Notes under the pieces: generated by a model | What the model saw: only the letters and a program-made list of their open reading frames with translations | What the model was told of the DNA's origin: nothing | Database searches by the model: none | Program-made: the position numbers and the translations under genes | IMG/VR virus record: IMGVR_UViG_3300032243_001028 | Coordinates: 71,097-135,096 of that record | Length of the DNA stretch: 64,000 bases | Strand: one strand, 5' to 3' | Source of the DNA: a virus | Lineage: Duplodnaviria; Caudoviricetes | Part shown: positions 39,293 to 47,503 of the stretch, piece by piece | How positions within the stretch are numbered: position 1 is the first letter of the stretch | Layout of the letters: each line of letters begins with the position of its first letter

Positions 39293-39356
39293 TTGTCTTC
39301 CTTAGTTTGTAGTTTGTATTTGGTACTTCTATTTTATAGTAGTACAAGATCTTTGA

Positions 39357-39485
39357 TTAGCGAGCTAAAACATCCTTAAATGCCTCATCGTAGGTCTCAT
39401 ATCTTGCAACTTCTTGTTTTGTAATATTGTTAAATACTACATAATATTGTACATTGTCTTCTGTGATCGTAATAATTTTATACAT
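39357..39485 (-). CDS. small hypothetical protein (42 aa, not in ORF track)
   Basis: MYKIITITEDNVQYYVVFNNITKQEVARYETYDEAFKDVLAR fills the intergenic gap. Confidence 0.4.
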   Translation of the reverse strand: MYKIITITEDNVQYYVVFNNITKQEVARYETYDEAFKDVLAR

Positions 39486-39524
39486 ATCTACATTCTAAGC
39501 TATTTGTATTTAAAAATGCTGTCA

Positions 39525-40091
39525 TTATACAGTCTCGTATGTTCCTGATAGGTAGAAGTAGTCTGCAACTACTGCTGTTTGTGGGGTAGAGTGATTCATT
39601 ACAGCCTCATTACCGCTACCAGCAGAGTGCCATAAAGACATTGTTGTTGAAGATGCTGTGGCATGAGCAGATAGTTCATATTGGTTTCCATTAGCACCTT
39701 TTACGTACAAAGCGTTTCTAAACACGTAATCTGCTGCAGGAGCAAATGGCAGTGTTACGTAATACTGAAGAGTGGCTCCAGAACCAAATGAGGTTACTGT
39801 TGTGTAAAGAACTTTAATTCTAAAATGGACTAACTTGCCTTGTTTCATGTATGAGCCAGTGGCTGGTGTTCCTGTAAAAGAAATTTGTGATGAGCCGCCA
39901 CTACTTGAAAATACTGGACTATATGCGGTTGGAGTGGGGTCGGAGGCTGGTGTTCCTGCTGGACCTGTAGCTCCCTGAGCTCCTACAGTAGAGACTACAA
40001 CTCTATTTGACTGATCTTCAATGATTACTTTATTTTCATCAGAAGAGTCGATAATAATTTTATTTGGAAGATCGTTATATATTGGAGACAT
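39525..40091 (-). CDS. short fibre / receptor-binding-like protein with collagen-like linker
   Basis: GAQGATGPAG; GSYMKQGKLVHFRI...VTLPF...LSGTYE head-domain pattern. Confidence 0.65.
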   Translation of the reverse strand: MSPIYNDLPNKIIIDSSDENKVIIEDQSNRVVVSTVGAQGATGPAGTPASDPTPTAYSPVFSSSGGSSQISFTGTPATGSYMKQGKLVHFRIKVLYTTVTSFGSGATLQYYVTLPFAPAADYVFRNALYVKGANGNQYELSAHATASSTTMSLWHSAGSGNEAVMNHSTPQTAVVADYFYLSGTYETV

Positions 40092-40453
40092 TATCTAGTC
40101 ACCTGAGCTTTTACTTTGAAGTTTCCTTCAACAATAGTGGTCTTCTGTCCTCCTCCAGAAACTAGTTCAAGATCATAGACGTATTGTCCAGCGTTAACTA
40201 TAGACATATTAGCTGCTGGAACGGTTAAAGTTATTGTCCCGGCTGTTCCACCTAAAACTATGTAACCATTAACAGTGCTAAGTTCTAAAACTACAGTAGT
40301 TGAGTCAGCTGAAGATCTGACTTGCATCTTTGCTGTGTAGCCAGTTAGGTTATTAGGGACTTTGGCATTATTAGTCCAGGTCAAGACTCTAGATAAAGTA
40401 TCGCCTTGTGTGACTGTAATGTTGTAAACGTCGGAAGATCCGCAGCAGCTCAT
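40091..40453 (-). CDS. BppU-N-like Ig-fold virion protein
   Basis: ITVTQGDT, NLTGYTAKMQVR, GQYVYDLEL, EGNFKV motifs. Confidence 0.7.
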   Translation of the reverse strand: MSCCGSSDVYNITVTQGDTLSRVLTWTNNAKVPNNLTGYTAKMQVRSSADSTTVVLELSTVNGYIVLGGTAGTITLTVPAANMSIVNAGQYVYDLELVSGGGQKTTIVEGNFKVKAQVTR

Positions 40454-40516
40454 GGGGGTCCTTAAAATATAAGTTGTTCTATAATTTTACCTTATTTAAT
40501 CTGATACTATTAATCT

Positions 40517-41476
40517 ATGACTGTCCCGACCTTTGCTGATCTAGGTGGAGAAACCTGGAAACTTAGAAGATATATAGACCCCTTAGATACAGGGTGGTCT
40601 GCCTTTAATCCTTCTATCTCATACTCCCCCTCCGAAGGCTATGCCATTTTATTTAGATCCAGTAACTACTTTTTTGATCCTGTAGAAGGTCATGTTGTCA
40701 GGACAGGAGCTGGAGTGGACCCTTATGCTATTCAAAATAGGATGTGGTTTGCAAAACTATCTGATGATCTAGAGATTATTGAAGATACATTAAAAGAAGT
40801 ATCTTTTATTCCGTGGGAAATTCCTATGATTCGTGGTGCTGAAGATGCAAGACTTTTTTGGAGAAATGAATCATGGGAGTTTACGGCAACTGTATATGAG
40901 AGAAATACTATCCCATACCCTCGTATGGCTCGATTTAGGTTAAATAATTATGAAGCTAAAATATTAAATTTTTATGTGACTAGTCCTAGCGAATCCCTAC
41001 AAGAAGTAGAAAAAAACTGGATGCCTACCAGCGATCACAATGAAAAATTTGACTACATATATAGTGGCACTTCTATATATTCCGAGCTAAAAGGAATAGT
41101 CAAAGTAAGATCTTGGCCTAATTTAGAAAAAAGTCTTAGGGGTGGCACTCAACTGATCGCCTTGAATTCTGGGGATTATTTGGCTGTAGTACATGAAACA
41201 GATAATAATTATGTAGAAAGATATAGTCCAAAATTTTTTGGAGTAAAAATATTAAATTTTAGAAAATATTTTCATAGATTTGCTAGATATACGTCTGATG
41301 GAGTTTTGTCGGGAATATCTGATAGATTTAAATTTGATGAAGCTGACATTGAATTTGCAGCTGGGTTAGTTATTAAAGGAGATGATCTTATAGTTTCCTA
41401 CGGACGTAAGGATATTGTTTCAATGCTGGCTAAAATAAAATTATCTAAAGTTTTGGAGATGATTAGAGATGTCTAG
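40517..41476 (+). CDS. GH130/GH43-like beta-propeller glycosidase-related protein
   Basis: AFNPSI, GAEDARLF, EKNWMP, RGGT, IEFAAGL, SYGRKD motifs. Confidence 0.7.
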   Translation: MTVPTFADLGGETWKLRRYIDPLDTGWSAFNPSISYSPSEGYAILFRSSNYFFDPVEGHVVRTGAGVDPYAIQNRMWFAKLSDDLEIIEDTLKEVSFIPWEIPMIRGAEDARLFWRNESWEFTATVYERNTIPYPRMARFRLNNYEAKILNFYVTSPSESLQEVEKNWMPTSDHNEKFDYIYSGTSIYSELKGIVKVRSWPNLEKSLRGGTQLIALNSGDYLAVVHETDNNYVERYSPKFFGVKILNFRKYFHRFARYTSDGVLSGISDRFKFDEADIEFAAGLVIKGDDLIVSYGRKDIVSMLAKIKLSKVLEMIRDV

Positions 41477-41696
41477 TACAGATCTACTTGAACGAACTGA
41501 TATTTCTGATACAGATGATTCAGAAGATTTTGCACATTATGCGGAATCTGCCAAGGTAACAGAGGGGTATATTATGGGAACTCCGGTAATAGCCCTATGC
41601 GGAATAGAGTTTATACCCCACAGAGACCCTTTAAAACTAAAGGTATGTCCGATTTGCAAACAAATCGTAGACGCACTATATTTAAATCACGACTAA
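41469..41696 (+). CDS. DUF3039-like actinobacterial zinc-binding protein
   Basis: FAHY...GTPVIALCG...P.RDP...VCPICK. Confidence 0.8.
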   Translation: MSSTDLLERTDISDTDDSEDFAHYAESAKVTEGYIMGTPVIALCGIEFIPHRDPLKLKVCPICKQIVDALYLNHD

Positions 41697-41770
41697 TACT
41701 CCCCATTCTTTTTTTGGGGTATACTAGTAAAACATTAAATACTCCCCCGAAGAAGAAGGTATAACTAAAT

Positions 41771-43813
41771 ATGTTCTCATTTAAATTAAATGAAGAGTTC
41801 GTAGCGGAGTACAAGCAAAAAGAATCCCCTTTTGGTTACAAAGATGCCGCTGGCAACTCTGTAGGCGAGATTACATTCTTGCGCACGTACTCACGCAAAA
41901 AAGAAGATGGCACCAAGGAAACTTGGGCTGAAGTCTGTGAGCGTGTAACTAACGGTACATACTCAATCCAAAAAGATCACGCTAAGCAGAACCGCTTGCC
42001 ATGGTCAGATGCTAAGGCTGCTGCCTCAGCAAAAGAGTTTTTTGACTCTTTATTCCGTCTCAAGTGGTCTCCCCCGGGTCGTGGACTCTGGGTTATGGGG
42101 ACCAATATTGTAAACGTCCAAAAGAACTCGGCTGCTCTGCAGAACTGTGCTTTTGTATCTACTTTGGAAATGACTAAGGCTAACCCTGCAAAGCCATTTG
42201 CGTTCCTTATGGAAGCCTCGATGCTAGGGGTGGGTGTTGGCTTTGATGACAAGGGTGCTGATAAAAACTTTGAGATCTACACTCCCGGTGAAGCTCAAAC
42301 CTACGTTATTCCAGACACTCGTGAGGGTTGGCAGGAGAGCACTGTTGCCCTAATCAACTCGTACCTAAAAGCAGAGCAAGCAAGCCTAGAGTTTGACTAC
42401 AGCGAGATCCGTCTGTACGGTGCTCCTATTGCTACCTTTGGTGGTACAGCATCTGGTCCAGATCCGTTGATTGCACTGCATGAAAAGATCCGTGAGATCT
42501 TTAACGGTCGTGCCGGTCAGCTTTTAACTACTGTTGATATTGCTGATATCGGTAACCTCATTGGTCGCTGTGTTGTGTCAGGTAACGTTCGCCGTTCAGC
42601 TGAGCTTTTGATCGGCCGTATTGACGACGACAACTTCCTAAACCTAAAAAACGTTGAGAAGTTTCCTGCTCGTAATTCTTACGACTCTGAAAACCCTGGT
42701 TGGGGTTGGATGTCAAATAACTCTGTCATGGTGGACGTTGGCACTGATTTCTCAAAGATTATTGATGGGATCATTCTCAACGGTGAGCCTGGCGTTATCT
42801 GGGAAGATGTCTCTAAAGCTTATGGACGTCTAGGTGATCCAATCAACAACAAGGACCATCGGATCATGGGCTACAACCCTTGTGCTGAACAGTCTTTGGA
42901 GAGCTACGAAATGTGTACTCTTGTTGAGACTTACCTAAACCGCCACGAGAGCAAAGAAGACTACCTTCGTACTTTGAAGTTTGCCTACCTATACGCTAAG
43001 ACCGTAACTCTTCTACCTACTCACTGGGAAGAAACCAACGCTATCATGCAGAGAAACCGTCGTATCGGAACCTCGATGTCTGGTATTGCTAACTTTGCTG
43101 ACCGAAAGGGTCTTCCAGAGCTACGTACTTGGATGGACGAGGGCTATGCGGTAGTCAAGAAGTATGACATTACATACTCGGAGTGGTTAGGTATCCGTGA
43201 GTCGATCAAGACTACAACTGTCAAGCCATCAGGTACTGTGTCTATCTTGGCTGGAGAATCTCCAGGTGTTCACTGGACTCCAGGTGGTAAGTTCTTCAAC
43301 CGTGCTATTCGTTTTGGAAATGATGACCCTATGTTGGCGTTGTTCAAGATGGCTAACTATACAGTCGAGCCGGACGTATCTAATCCGGATCACACAACAG
43401 TTGTTTACTTTCCGATTAAATCCCTTGCAGAACGTGCAGAACGTGATGTAACTATCTTTGAAAAGATGGCACTAGCTGCAACTGCTCAGCGTTACTGGTC
43501 AGATAACTCTGTATCTGTAACTATCTCGTTTGATCCTGAAACAGAAGCTAAACACGTTGAGTCTGTACTCCACATGTACGACGGTCAGCTAAAGACTGTG
43601 TCATTCTTGCCTTCAGGTAATATGACCTATCCTCAGATGCCTTACACCCAGATTACTGAAGAAGAGTATCTAGCTGCAACTGAAAAGCTATTCCCTATCT
43701 CTCTTGATGGAATTTACCAAGGTATGGGTCTAGAGGCTATCGGAGATGCTTACTGCACTACAGATGCCTGTGAAGTCAAGCTGATTACCGAAAACTTAAA
43801 GGACAAACAATAA
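41771..43813 (+). CDS. nrdJ: class II adenosylcobalamin-dependent ribonucleotide reductase (monomeric RTPR type)
   Basis: RTYSR, PPGRGLW, NCAF, GNVRRSA, NPCAEQ, TTVKPSGTVS, C-terminal CTTDAC; no small-subunit gene adjacent. Confidence 0.93.
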   Translation: MFSFKLNEEFVAEYKQKESPFGYKDAAGNSVGEITFLRTYSRKKEDGTKETWAEVCERVTNGTYSIQKDHAKQNRLPWSDAKAAASAKEFFDSLFRLKWSPPGRGLWVMGTNIVNVQKNSAALQNCAFVSTLEMTKANPAKPFAFLMEASMLGVGVGFDDKGADKNFEIYTPGEAQTYVIPDTREGWQESTVALINSYLKAEQASLEFDYSEIRLYGAPIATFGGTASGPDPLIALHEKIREIFNGRAGQLLTTVDIADIGNLIGRCVVSGNVRRSAELLIGRIDDDNFLNLKNVEKFPARNSYDSENPGWGWMSNNSVMVDVGTDFSKIIDGIILNGEPGVIWEDVSKAYGRLGDPINNKDHRIMGYNPCAEQSLESYEMCTLVETYLNRHESKEDYLRTLKFAYLYAKTVTLLPTHWEETNAIMQRNRRIGTSMSGIANFADRKGLPELRTWMDEGYAVVKKYDITYSEWLGIRESIKTTTVKPSGTVSILAGESPGVHWTPGGKFFNRAIRFGNDDPMLALFKMANYTVEPDVSNPDHTTVVYFPIKSLAERAERDVTIFEKMALAATAQRYWSDNSVSVTISFDPETEAKHVESVLHMYDGQLKTVSFLPSGNMTYPQMPYTQITEEEYLAATEKLFPISLDGIYQGMGLEAIGDAYCTTDACEVKLITENLKDKQ

Positions 43814-44388
43814 TGGTTGTACTTAGTAATATTTACACAAAGACTGGTGATACTGGAACAACTTCTTTAGGAGACGGGAGTCGTACTTCTAAGAACGACT
43901 CTCGCCTAGAGGCGTTTTCTACTGTAGATGAAGCTAATTCATTTATTGGCGTTGCATTACACTCTATTACTGATGAAAATGTTCAAAAGCTTTTACTTCG
44001 AATCCAAAATGATATGTTCGATGTTGGAGCGGATCTCTGTACTCCTGTAGTTGATGATCCAAAGGTGGCCCCTCTTCGGGTCACCGAGGATCACATCTCT
44101 TACATTGAGCAGCAAATTGACCTATACAATAAAGATCTTTCAGTGCTTAGGAGCTTTGTGCTTCCAAGTGGAGCCCTTTCGTCTGCTAATTTGCACGTTG
44201 CTAGGACAGTTGTTCGTAGAGCTGAAAGAGCTACTTGGGCGGCTATTAATTCATTTGGCGAAGGAGTAAACGTTCTAACTGCAAAATACTTAAATCGTTT
44301 ATCTGATCTATTATTTGTATTAGCTAGATACTCGAATAGAGAGACTGGAGATGCTTTGTGGACTCCTGGAGGTCATAATGAAACGTAA
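43813..44388 (+). CDS. pduO: PduO-type ATP:cob(I)alamin adenosyltransferase
   Basis: IYTKTGDTGTT, TVDEANS, QNDMFDVGADL, ARTVVRRAER, YLNRLSDLLF. Confidence 0.93.
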   Translation: MVVLSNIYTKTGDTGTTSLGDGSRTSKNDSRLEAFSTVDEANSFIGVALHSITDENVQKLLLRIQNDMFDVGADLCTPVVDDPKVAPLRVTEDHISYIEQQIDLYNKDLSVLRSFVLPSGALSSANLHVARTVVRRAERATWAAINSFGEGVNVLTAKYLNRLSDLLFVLARYSNRETGDALWTPGGHNET

Positions 44389-44860
44389 TATTTTAATTGC
44401 TAGTGGAATTACTTTAGGGTTACTCGGTTTGTTTTGGGTAAAAGGGGAGACTACCCCTCCTAAAGCAAATTGTATAAACGTCTATATTGATTTTGGAGTC
44501 CTAGCTAAAGAAACTCCAGACACTAGATGCTTTGCAGTATCCAAAAAAATCAATGCGGTTGAACTTTTAAAGCAAACTACTTTAAAGATTAACTATATTG
44601 ATTTTGGAGGAGATCTTGGTAAAGCAATTTGCACGATCAATAAACTTCCTAAGTTAAATTCCTGTGCTGAAATGGATTGGGAATCTTACTGGGGAGTTTT
44701 TGAGAAGCATGGAAGTAATAATCTCAGTGCTTCATCTCACTGGAATATGTCCGCCAAAGGACTATCTTTCATAGAACTAAAGTCTGGAGATTCCATTGGC
44801 TTAGTATATTTAGATAAAGGAAAGGTCAGGTATCCTGATGACGACACTAACAAGAACTAA
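44378..44860 (+). CDS. membrane-anchored DUF4430/transcobalamin-C-like protein (putative corrinoid binding)
   Basis: GGAGG RBS, N-terminal TM anchor; ICTINKLP...YWGVF...W..S.KG...L..GDSIGLVY resembles DUF4430 beta-grasp fold. Confidence 0.55.
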   Translation: MKRNILIASGITLGLLGLFWVKGETTPPKANCINVYIDFGVLAKETPDTRCFAVSKKINAVELLKQTTLKINYIDFGGDLGKAICTINKLPKLNSCAEMDWESYWGVFEKHGSNNLSASSHWNMSAKGLSFIELKSGDSIGLVYLDKGKVRYPDDDTNKN

Positions 44861-44993
44861 AGAATTTGCTATAAGTACGACTGCAAAAACCGTAATAACT
44901 GTAGTGGGGCTTGTTGTATTAGAATTAGCTGTAGTTTATGGACTTATACCTATTGGTATATATTTTTGGCGTCTATTGACTTGTCCCTGTTAA
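44838..44993 (+). CDS. small membrane protein ending in CPC (51 aa, not in ORF track)
   Basis: MTTLTRTKEF...VVGLVVLELAVVYGLIPIGIYFWRLLTCPC; overlaps previous gene end. Confidence 0.55.
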   Translation: MTTLTRTKEFAISTTAKTVITVVGLVVLELAVVYGLIPIGIYFWRLLTCPC

Positions 44994-45005
44994 AGAAAGA
45001 ATAAA

Positions 45006-45209
45006 ATGCCTACATACGAATATAAATGTTCTGATAATCCTGAAGATAAAGATCACAGATACTCTGAAGATAGAAGTATGAATGATCCATCTCCTCAGGA
45101 CTTGATTTGCAAATTTGAGGGGTGCGATGCTAAACTAATACGTATATTCACCGCCCCTCCAATTCAGTTTAAGGGAAATGGGTATAACACCTCTAAACCT
45201 TGGCGATAA
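45006..45209 (+). CDS. FmdB-family zinc ribbon protein
   Basis: MPTYEYKC...C..C...LIRIF..PPIQFKG.G. Confidence 0.85.
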   Translation: MPTYEYKCSDNPEDKDHRYSEDRSMNDPSPQDLICKFEGCDAKLIRIFTAPPIQFKGNGYNTSKPWR

Positions 45210-45231
45210 GCCAGAAAGATAAAAGACATAT

Positions 45232-45543
45232 ATGGAAGACATCATACCTAAGGACTACCCTGACTTTTTTAAAGAAGGGGATCCTCCTTGCTCTAGTACC
45301 GATCCTGAAGCTTTTTTCCCTCAGGATAGGGAAGGCGGAAGAATAGCTAGCTATTATAATGAATCTGGAGCAAAGGCTGTCTGTAAAACCTGCCCTTACA
45401 TGATTGAATGTCTAACTTATGCTGTTAAAAACAGCGAAATAGGTATTTGGGGTGGAACTACCGAGGGTGAACGAAAAGAGATCCGTAGAAGTTTAAAATC
45501 TGGAAAATCTATTACAGAAATAACAATTCGAATAAACAGGTAA
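45232..45543 (+). CDS. whiB: WhiB-family transcription factor
   Basis: C..TDPEAFFP...AKAVCKTCPYMIEC...GIWGGTTEGER. Confidence 0.92.
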   Translation: MEDIIPKDYPDFFKEGDPPCSSTDPEAFFPQDREGGRIASYYNESGAKAVCKTCPYMIECLTYAVKNSEIGIWGGTTEGERKEIRRSLKSGKSITEITIRINR

Positions 45544-45599
45544 ACTAGATATAGGCCTGGGAGAGAGGTTAATTTACCCCTACTATCCCGGGAGATCCC

Positions 45600-45863
45600 A
45601 TGAAAATTGCTTTAACTATCTTGAAGAGAACAATTGCTCTTGTTATTTTAAAGGTAAGCAGCGTTCTAGCTGCTGGTAGCATTGCTGGTATTGAACTTTG
45701 GAAGTCTGCACTTGTTGCTTCATTCGTTGGAGTTGCAGAAGTAGCTGAGTCTTTGGCTCGTGCTTACGTCGTAGATGGTGTCCTAGATCAAGATGAAATC
45801 AATACCGCTTTTGCCAGCTCTGCTGAAGCTAAGCTTTCTGAGACTAAAAAGTCTAGCGAATAA
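45600..45863 (+). CDS. small membrane protein (holin-like)
   Basis: Two hydrophobic segments, DGVLDQDEIN motif. Confidence 0.55.
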   Translation: MKIALTILKRTIALVILKVSSVLAAGSIAGIELWKSALVASFVGVAEVAESLARAYVVDGVLDQDEINTAFASSAEAKLSETKKSSE

Positions 45864-45869
45864 TTAAAT

Positions 45870-45903
45870 AAAAAAGCCCCCGGTGTTTAGCCGGGGGTTT
45901 TTT
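45870..45903. terminator. bidirectional intrinsic terminator
   Basis: A6-GCCCCCGG-loop-CCGGGGG-T6 between convergent genes. Confidence 0.9.
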
Positions 45904-45904
45904 G

Positions 45905-46366
45905 TTAGATAATTTCTTTTTGTTTTATTTTTGTTTTAGCTACTGCATAATAAAGTGGATTAGCAGAGCTTAGGCCCATGGCTTTAGCAATTTTACTTAG
46001 GGAGATTCCCTTATCTTCATACTGAACCCTAATAGTTTCGTGGTAGTTTTCAACATCTCCTGATCCTTTAGCAAAAAGAATAGATGTGACTGCTGAGCTA
46101 ATCTCTTCTGCAGTAGCTTTACTACGAGTTCTTTTGTCTTTTGGTCTGATCTCGTCGGTTAAAATTCTTCTACGAAGGCCGGCATATGTAACTCCTAGGG
46201 CATCTGCTAGTTTCAATAGGCTTCCACCTTTTGAATAGTATTCAATAGCTAGACGGGTATATTCCCGGCTTGCATCGTGTTGAACTGAGACTGTATCTCT
46301 TGATCCGTAAGCTTTACGGGCAAGGGGTAATAGTGGACGCATTAGATCTGCGTATTCTTCTGTCAT
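45905..46366 (-). CDS. tandem HTH DNA-binding protein
   Basis: SLLKLADALGVTYAGLRRR and ISLSKIAKAMGLSS. Confidence 0.7.
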   Translation of the reverse strand: MTEEYADLMRPLLPLARKAYGSRDTVSVQHDASREYTRLAIEYYSKGGSLLKLADALGVTYAGLRRRILTDEIRPKDKRTRSKATAEEISSAVTSILFAKGSGDVENYHETIRVQYEDKGISLSKIAKAMGLSSANPLYYAVAKTKIKQKEII

Positions 46367-46462
46367 TTGTCTTCCTTAGTTTATATTCATTATTGAATAA
46401 AATTATTATATACACGTGTTGGTTTACATGTCAAATTAAAATGTGTTATTATTTTTATACAT

Positions 46463-46536
46463 CGCGGGGTAGAGCAGCTCGGTAGCTCGCTAGCGTCATA
46501 AGCTAGAGGTCGTAGGTTCAAATCCTGCCCCCGCAA
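46463..46536 (+). tRNA. tRNA-Met(CAT), initiator-type scaffold, CCA not encoded
   Basis: Full cloverleaf CGCGGGG...CCCCGCA-A with C1:A72 mismatch, anticodon arm CTAGC-GTCATAA-GCTAG, T arm GTAGG-TTCAAAT-CCTGC. Confidence 0.93.
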
Positions 46537-46562
46537 CGCAGTAACAACAATAGGAGAATGAC

Positions 46563-46697
46563 ATGGCAAAAGGTAAACCTGGTGGAAAGCCAGTACCGGA
46601 AGTAAAAAGTTCTGGGAGACAGAATGGTAAAGCGTTTAAAAAGCGTCCTAAGATCTTTGATAAGATTAAACGTAAGCTAGTAAATATAACTAAATAG
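46563..46697 (+). CDS. 44-aa very basic peptide (not in ORF track)
   Basis: AGGAG RBS; MAKGKPGGKPVPEVKSSGRQNGKAFKKRPKIFDKIKRKLVNITK. Confidence 0.65.
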   Translation: MAKGKPGGKPVPEVKSSGRQNGKAFKKRPKIFDKIKRKLVNITK

Positions 46698-46704
46698 TGA
46701 ACAA

Positions 46705-47000
46705 GGGGATGACTGGTTTCGACAGTTGTCTTGATGTTAGTGAAGCAAGCAGAGATGACAGTATCTCTTGAATCTGTCAAAACAATAAATGCTAATACAT
46801 CTGCATACGCTCTAGCCGCGTGATTTAATCGCAACGCTTAGGCCCCTGACAAAGCACTAGTTCTAGGTGGGCAGTCAGGTTTTAAATAAATAGAACAAAT
46901 CCTCTCGTAGTGCCCTGTAGTACCGTGGTTGGTAAAACCTAAGCTTGTAGAAGAATAACTGAATGTCAATTGGACCGGGGTTCGATTCCCCGCATCTCCA
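46705..47000 (+). ncRNA. ssrA: tmRNA; tag ANTSAYALAA (46791-46823)
   Basis: 5' GGGGATG pairs with 3' CATCTCC-A including G3:U70; GGTTTCGAC near 5' end; T arm CGGGG-TTCGATT-CCCCG; resume codon after ATAAAT; tag ends YALAA. Confidence 0.95.
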
Positions 47001-47058
47001 CGCTTGTAGACAAAGGAGCGTAAAGCGGTCTACCCGTCCTAGGCAACGGAATCTCCAA

Positions 47059-47130
47059 GGACTGGCGTAGCCAAGGTGCTACGAGTCGATTCGGTAAGTA
47101 GTAGTCGGTAGTGCAAATCTACACAGTCCA
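47059..47130 (+). ncRNA. non-canonical tRNA-like element
   Basis: GGACTG/CAGTCC-A closing stem; CGTAGC/GCTACG arm; CGATT/AGTCG arm; GTAG-TGCAAAT-CTAC T-like arm. Confidence 0.5.
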
Positions 47131-47152
47131 CGGATTAGATAAGGAGTAAGTA

Positions 47153-47344
47153 GTGGCTGGTGGCTTCATAAATCCTTACCCAGACCCCATTCCAGACGAT
47201 TCACATCATAGGGAGAAGTATTCGACTGGTTGGCTTGGCTGGAAGAATGAATGGAAGAGTTGTTTACTTCTAGTAGTTGGGCTTACTCTTTTTGGCTTGG
47301 TATTAGTTGGAGCAATAGCTCTAGTAAACTACTTATACTCTTAA
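47153..47344 (+). CDS. small membrane protein
   Basis: AAGGAG RBS, GTG start, C-terminal TM helix. Confidence 0.6.
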   Translation: MAGGFINPYPDPIPDDSHHREKYSTGWLGWKNEWKSCLLLVVGLTLFGLVLVGAIALVNYLYS

Positions 47345-47359
47345 ATAACTAAAGGCTCT

Positions 47360-47478
47360 TTACTGCTGAGTCCACAAGACCAACCAGCAGAGCGAAAGCT
47401 TGAGACGACTTACAGAGATGTAAGTGGGAACCTCTGGAACCAAGGTCCAAACTTGGGAAAGGTCAGTACTAGGTCTTC
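47360..47478 (+). ncRNA. putative structured RNA, family not recognised
   Basis: AGC-GAAA-GCT and ACTTACA-GAGA-TGTAAGT GNRA hairpins, CCAAG/CTTGG, long-range TACTG/CAGTA and AAGACC/GGTCTT. Confidence 0.55.
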
Positions 47479-47503
47479 CAATTTTTTATGTTAGTATTTC
47501 TAT

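Noticed and set aside
41697-41770. Cobalamin riboswitch upstream of nrdJ
   Set aside because: Only 74 nt and no B12-box consensus; just a weak CCCC/GGGG hairpin
46496-46834. Minus-strand 112-aa ORF
   Set aside because: Antisense shadow of tRNA, peptide gene and tmRNA
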